A DNA stretch of 20,000 nucleotides from an uncultured virus (IMG/VR IMGVR_UViG_3300032093_000079) (taxonomy: Duplodnaviria > Heunggongvirae > Uroviricota > Caudoviricetes). Of this stretch, positions 15,710-20,000 are shown one piece after another. Location of the stretch: the IMG/VR virus record IMGVR_UViG_3300032093_000079. One strand, given 5' to 3'. Positions within the stretch are counted from its first letter, which is position 1; every line of letters begins with the position of its first letter. Both the position numbers and the translations under genes were made by a program. The notes below the pieces were generated by a model. It was not told the origin of the DNA. It did no database searches and saw only the letters and a list, made by a program, of their open reading frames with translations.

Positions 15710-17650
15710 ATGAGTTTTGAAGCATACTTACGAAATTGGCTGAACCTACAGCAATCAGTAGTCAATGAGGCAGCTGATACCAAGGATGATAAAAAAGGCT
15801 CAGAGTTCGATGAGTTAACGAATATCATTAATTCGGGAATAGGTGGAGAAACGACCGACAAGATCGCAAGAACAACTTCATTTGAATCCATTGAACAGGT
15901 TTTACAAAAACTGGACGTTCTTCTTCTAGAAAAGGTAAAATCTAACCCAGAACTACAGAAGATTCTGCTCGCAATGGTCTCTCCAGGAAAAGTTGAATGG
16001 TTGGGTGAATACTTGACCCGATCAAGAAAGAGCCTAAGTGCTCTTAATTCAGACAAGAAGAAGATCGACCCAAATCAAAACTTTGACAGCTATAAAAGAT
16101 TTTTAATACGTGAAGCTGACGTTAAGAGTAGGATCTATAAGATGCACCTTATCTTTAGCTATGCAGCAAACGAGTCTCCGGACTTGGACAAGGACACCAG
16201 CATTCTTCTTGCTCTAAAAAGCTTAGACTCCTCCCTTATCACTTCAAGTGAGGAAGGAGCACCAACCATAAAGATCGGAAAGATTGGAATGGTCGATAAT
16301 AAGGTTGAATCAAATGAGTTTGAAACGATAGATTCAAATGGAGAGAGCAAGATAGTAAAAAAGGAGGAGCTTAAGGATATACTAGAAAAGAATCCGGATA
16401 TTGCTGAAAAGGCACGTACAATCGCTAGCGAATCTTATAAAAAGAAGGTTGCTAAGCTTTTACAAAGAACCGAAGATGCAATTAAGAAAGAGGTAGCTAA
16501 CTCGCTAAACGATATTAAAAACGTGATCGCAGACATTCCCAATACTGAGACGGGTAGAGAAAAATTGGAAGTAGACTGGAAGCCTCTCATAGATGCTCTA
16601 GGATATTCTAAATTTTTCGCAGAACCAATCAAGAATAAAGAGAAGGAGACGGTTAAGACCGAGAGACCAAGTCTAAGAAAAAAGAATAGGATTAAGGAAA
16701 AGCTGATGAGCGCACTAAGCTTAGCTCTTCTTCCTCCAATGACAAACGGCGAGATCGCTGAGCCCGGAGGAGACTACTATAAGCTATTTAAAAGTTTAGA
16801 ATCTCAAAATGCTGCCTGGCTAGAAGCGGCCATTCGAGAAGTACTAGTGGATTCGGTCAGGATCTCACAGTTTAACACTTCTGCCAGAACCGCAGAGAGC
16901 GCTCTTGAGGAAAACCAGCTAGCATACCTACAGATCAGTAGTTCATGGATAATTAAATACATTGAGAGCGAAGTGGATGGTGAGCTATCGAAGCGAGACA
17001 CTGATAACGCTATCGCTAAGATAAAATCCATCACCCAAGAAAAGGAGAAAGAGATTAAAAACTATTACTTGTCCAAGGACTTTAACATGAAGAACTTTAA
17101 AGGTATTCAGTTAAAACCAGACCTTCGTCTGCCTCTTTATCAAAGAATAAGATTAGCAGTTAGCGAAGCAGATAGGATCGCTGAGAGCCCACTAAAGAAT
17201 CTTCTTAAAGGACTGGGCCAGATAGTAGTAGGACTCTTTTCCACCATTCCAGATAGAGGAGATGCGGCTGTCGCTAGAAAAAATGCCGATCAGAACAGAG
17301 CAATCTTTAACGGGATATTTAGCATAATCAAGGGAGGAGTATACGCAGTAAGCAAGCAGGGAGGTCGAGATCTTGAAAAAGGCGTAAGCAGTGTCACCAA
17401 TAAATTAAGACTTGATGCACTTGGTCTCACGCCTTACGAAAAAGGAGAGGGTCCAAAATTCTATAAATCGGCTGAGAAAAAGACAAATGAAGATGCGGTT
17501 TCCCCAGGAGCAGCATTTCAGACCCCAGGAACTCTGCCTGCAGACAACATGGATACGCTATCTCTAGCTGGACCAGGCAAAAAGAGTAAAAAGAAAAAGC
17601 TAGTAAAAAAGGTAACTAGCTTTAACGATTTTTTGAAAAGTAGAGACTAA
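15710..17650 (+). CDS. Large hypothetical protein (646 aa); candidate virion/internal protein
   Basis: Long ORF after a late-type motif. N-terminus MSFEAYL...VVNEA; C-terminus KKSKKKKLVKKVTSFNDFL. No family recognised. Confidence 0.8.
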   Translation: MSFEAYLRNWLNLQQSVVNEAADTKDDKKGSEFDELTNIINSGIGGETTDKIARTTSFESIEQVLQKLDVLLLEKVKSNPELQKILLAMVSPGKVEWLGEYLTRSRKSLSALNSDKKKIDPNQNFDSYKRFLIREADVKSRIYKMHLIFSYAANESPDLDKDTSILLALKSLDSSLITSSEEGAPTIKIGKIGMVDNKVESNEFETIDSNGESKIVKKEELKDILEKNPDIAEKARTIASESYKKKVAKLLQRTEDAIKKEVANSLNDIKNVIADIPNTETGREKLEVDWKPLIDALGYSKFFAEPIKNKEKETVKTERPSLRKKNRIKEKLMSALSLALLPPMTNGEIAEPGGDYYKLFKSLESQNAAWLEAAIREVLVDSVRISQFNTSARTAESALEENQLAYLQISSSWIIKYIESEVDGELSKRDTDNAIAKIKSITQEKEKEIKNYYLSKDFNMKNFKGIQLKPDLRLPLYQRIRLAVSEADRIAESPLKNLLKGLGQIVVGLFSTIPDRGDAAVARKNADQNRAIFNGIFSIIKGGVYAVSKQGGRDLEKGVSSVTNKLRLDALGLTPYEKGEGPKFYKSAEKKTNEDAVSPGAAFQTPGTLPADNMDTLSLAGPGKKSKKKKLVKKVTSFNDFLKSRD

Positions 17651-17670
17651 TCGTAATCTCTGTTATCTTA

Positions 17671-17684
17671 ATAAATAATAAAAA
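17671..17684 (+). promoter_or_regulatory. Putative late promoter ATAAATAATAAAAA
   Basis: Exact 14-mer, 8 nt upstream of ATG 17693. Confidence 0.7.
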
Positions 17685-17692
17685 GAAAAGAT

Positions 17693-19618
17693 ATGGGAAG
17701 ACCGCTAAATCTAGACGGCGATGAAGAGGCTGACAGAGTATTGAATCTTAGTGGAGCTCAAAATGATGGAGTGACGAATAAGATAATTTCCCAAAGCAAT
17801 ATTAATTCTTCCGAAAAACAAATAACTGGAGGAATTGATGGGATTGGAGGAAACGTGTTACTTGCAGTAGGAGCAGAATCTATATTTAATCCATTTACGG
17901 TCTTTAGATATTCTGAATTTGGATTGGGCACTAATTCAAAAAATGAAGGTATATATGAAGTAAATAGACATAAAAACACATATGTCGACGGAAAAATACT
18001 AGATTATGCTAATGCAACTGCCCAGGATCAATATAGAGCAATTATACAGAATCCTAGTGCAGTTAACATTATAGATTGGGCAAACAATCAAGCTCTTAAG
18101 GGATCATCTCATAAAGGTCCAATTTATCCATATCCATATCAAATAAACGATTTTTTGTGGTGTAAGTGGTATGGAAAAATACCAAATAATAGGTTATTAA
18201 CTCTTCGAAGATATCCAATACCGATAGAAGATAATTTGGCAGTCGACGGATCAAAACTTCCACTTGTTCCCATTGCCCAAGCAGTTTCATGGTGGGGAAC
18301 AGATACTGGAAACAATTTATCTGAAATATTGGGCATGACGTATGGGTTTAAGTGGACTGAGGATACAGCAAAAGTAGATGATGTGCAGGGAAACGAAATA
18401 ACGATTGAGCAATTATTAGACACTGCTGGAATTCCTAAAGAAAATGAGACTCTTCGACAAGCGCTAATCACAGTATTTAGAAACCAGGCAGATTCCAATC
18501 CATTTGCACTGTCTGGATATGATGCAACTCTACAACAGTTTACAAAAGACAGTTGGGAGCGAGGAGCTTACTGGAATAGGGTACTTGGACCAGTAAACGT
18601 GATCGATAGAACTCAGAGAAGAGAAAGAGGGTATGATTTTACTCACACAATAAAACTAGATTTTGAATATACTCTAAGATCATATGGCAAAATAAATCCA
18701 AAGGTAGCTATGCTAGATTTAATTAGTAACTTTATGTCACTTACATATAATAGAGCTACTTTTTGGGGAGGAGGATATAGATATTTTCAACAAACTGGTG
18801 CGTTGCTTCCCGCATTCAATACAGATGCGATGGAAAAAGGAGATTATATCACAGCAATGAAAGACGTTGCCTCACTGGTAGGAAATGAGGTATTAGCAAA
18901 AGCGGATGGGCTAAAAAAATTCGTAGAACAACTTGGTCCTAAGCTTACTGGAAAGAGTGCAGAGGAAATGGCAAAAATACTTGCGACCGAACTTGCTGGA
19001 ACAAATATTGCAAACGATGTTGCAGCATCGCGTATGGGAAAATTGCATCAAAACCCATTAGTTTTCAGAGCATTATTAGATGGACGAGCAGTCGGAGAAT
19101 GGCACCTGATGGTAGGAAATCCAATGGATCCTATTGCGGTAATGGGTAATTTATGCTTAGACTCAACTACTATTTCTCTATCTGATGAATTGGGAGCCGA
19201 TGATTTTCCAACTTCCATAAAATTTACAGTTAATTTAAAGCCAGGTCGACCTAGAGCAAAACAGGATATTGAATCTATGTTTAATCATGGAGGAGGAGAC
19301 TTAGGATTCACAGCACTAAGTCCACCAGCAAGTACAATGGATTCAAATGGAGAATATAACTCAACTCGAATAGCAAAAGCATATGGGGCCAGTTCATTGA
19401 CTGCTGGAAATGAGCAACTTAAAATGGATTTGGAAAAATCTTCAAGCAGCATAACAGAAAATTCAACAGTAAAGGATAAGGATGGAAAAATCGATCCTAA
19501 TGCAGCAACATATGCAGCAAGCTATTTTAAAGTAAATGTAGCAAACAGATATGGGGTCGGATTCGGTAATTCTCCTATACTTGTGGATTATTTCGTTGAC
19601 TTAAAAACAAAAGATTAA
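17693..19618 (+). CDS. Probable tail/baseplate structural protein (possibly gp48-like tube cap/initiator)
   Basis: 641 aa, G/N/T-rich, with a late-type motif, 2 nt upstream of a gp53-like gene. Beta-strand blocks YDFTHTIKLDFEYTLR and NLCLDSTTISL...DDFPTSIKFTVNL are reminiscent of tube-fold proteins. The CDS is certain; the product is tentative. Confidence 0.5.
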   Translation: MGRPLNLDGDEEADRVLNLSGAQNDGVTNKIISQSNINSSEKQITGGIDGIGGNVLLAVGAESIFNPFTVFRYSEFGLGTNSKNEGIYEVNRHKNTYVDGKILDYANATAQDQYRAIIQNPSAVNIIDWANNQALKGSSHKGPIYPYPYQINDFLWCKWYGKIPNNRLLTLRRYPIPIEDNLAVDGSKLPLVPIAQAVSWWGTDTGNNLSEILGMTYGFKWTEDTAKVDDVQGNEITIEQLLDTAGIPKENETLRQALITVFRNQADSNPFALSGYDATLQQFTKDSWERGAYWNRVLGPVNVIDRTQRRERGYDFTHTIKLDFEYTLRSYGKINPKVAMLDLISNFMSLTYNRATFWGGGYRYFQQTGALLPAFNTDAMEKGDYITAMKDVASLVGNEVLAKADGLKKFVEQLGPKLTGKSAEEMAKILATELAGTNIANDVAASRMGKLHQNPLVFRALLDGRAVGEWHLMVGNPMDPIAVMGNLCLDSTTISLSDELGADDFPTSIKFTVNLKPGRPRAKQDIESMFNHGGGDLGFTALSPPASTMDSNGEYNSTRIAKAYGASSLTAGNEQLKMDLEKSSSSITENSTVKDKDGKIDPNAATYAASYFKVNVANRYGVGFGNSPILVDYFVDLKTKD

Positions 19619-19620
19619 TT

Positions 19621-20000
19621 ATGTTAACTAGTAAATTACTTGGAGCAAAAAAATTATTCTCCACTATTACTGGAGAATCAATAGTTGACTTAATTAGTGC
19701 AACTTTTAAATATGCAAGTTCTCCTATATCTTCAGGAACAATATTTGTAAATGAGTTTGAGGTAATGCGACCAGATTTGATCGCAGAAAGAGTATACTCT
19801 AATTCAGATAGTTGGGATATCGTATTAAAATATAATGGAATATCTAATCCATTTTCCATAAATTTCGGAGAAGTGATATTGGCTCCAGCTTTTACTTCAA
19901 TCTCAACTTTAATTCGCCCCCCAAGAGAAGTTGTAGAGAAAGGCACTGAGCCTGCCAAAAAGAATGAAAGCAAAATAATTGTTCCAAAAACACAAAAAGA
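19621..20000 (+). CDS. gp53: Baseplate wedge protein, T4 gp53/LysM-like (truncated by window end; absent from the ORF track)
   Basis: Hand translation: MLTSKLLGAKKLFST...VNEFEVMRPDLIAERVYSNSDSWDIVLKYNGISNPFSINFGEVILAP. RPDxIAxxxY....W.ILxxNxIxNPF is the gp53 signature. The frame is open to the window end. Confidence 0.8.
   Translation, partial: MLTSKLLGAKKLFSTITGESIVDLISATFKYASSPISSGTIFVNEFEVMRPDLIAERVYSNSDSWDIVLKYNGISNPFSINFGEVILAPAFTSISTLIRPPREVVEKGTEPAKKNESKIIVPKTQK

Noticed and set aside
1341..19973. Short ORF-track entries antisense to or nested in long genes (e.g. 1341-1538, 1480-1701, 2818-3030, 3226-3492, 4591-4992, 4772-5068, 9010-9231, 15706-16056, 18139-18498, 19575-19973)
   Set aside because: They overlap well-supported genes, have no motifs or promoter elements, and look like shadow ORFs. 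19575-19973 is the antisense of the gp53-like gene.
1..20000. Stop-codon reassignment (TAG or TGA), as in some jumbo phages
   Set aside because: Conserved genes are full length in the standard code and coding density is high. TAG ends gp4 and TGA ends uvsW and the HAD gene at sensible positions.
1..20000. CRISPR array, tRNA or structured ncRNA
   Set aside because: Intergenic gaps are at most about 150 bp and are largely explained by promoter or terminator motifs. I saw no repeat-spacer periodicity or cloverleaf by eye.

Overview
This window is a gene-dense, AT-rich segment of a T4-related (myovirus-type, probably jumbo) dsDNA phage read in the standard code. Left to right it encodes: a gp20-like portal (truncated), a gp2-like end protector, a gp4-like head-completion nuclease, a small acidic protein, a gp61-like primase, a stand-alone C-terminal half of a family-B DNA polymerase, a hypothetical gene plus a divergent PhoH, UvsW and UvsY homologues, a HAD phosphatase/P-loop kinase pair, a 624-aa fusion of an RNA-ligase-like domain with a HIGH-type nucleotidyltransferase, a T5 A1-like metallophosphoesterase, a 646-aa orphan, and the start of a baseplate module (gp48-like, gp53-like). 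Two recurrent intergenic motifs divide the genes into two classes. ATAAATAATAAAAA (T4-late-like) precedes morphogenesis genes and a set of orphans whose N-termini resemble the T4 capsid-targeting sequence. AAAC-N17/18-TA(T/A)AA precedes DNA-metabolism genes. The best candidate for an undescribed system is the 10.2-15.5 kb end-healing/ligase/nucleotidyltransferase cluster, together with the putative virion-packaged, injected proteins. All family calls come from motifs recognised by eye; no database searches were run.
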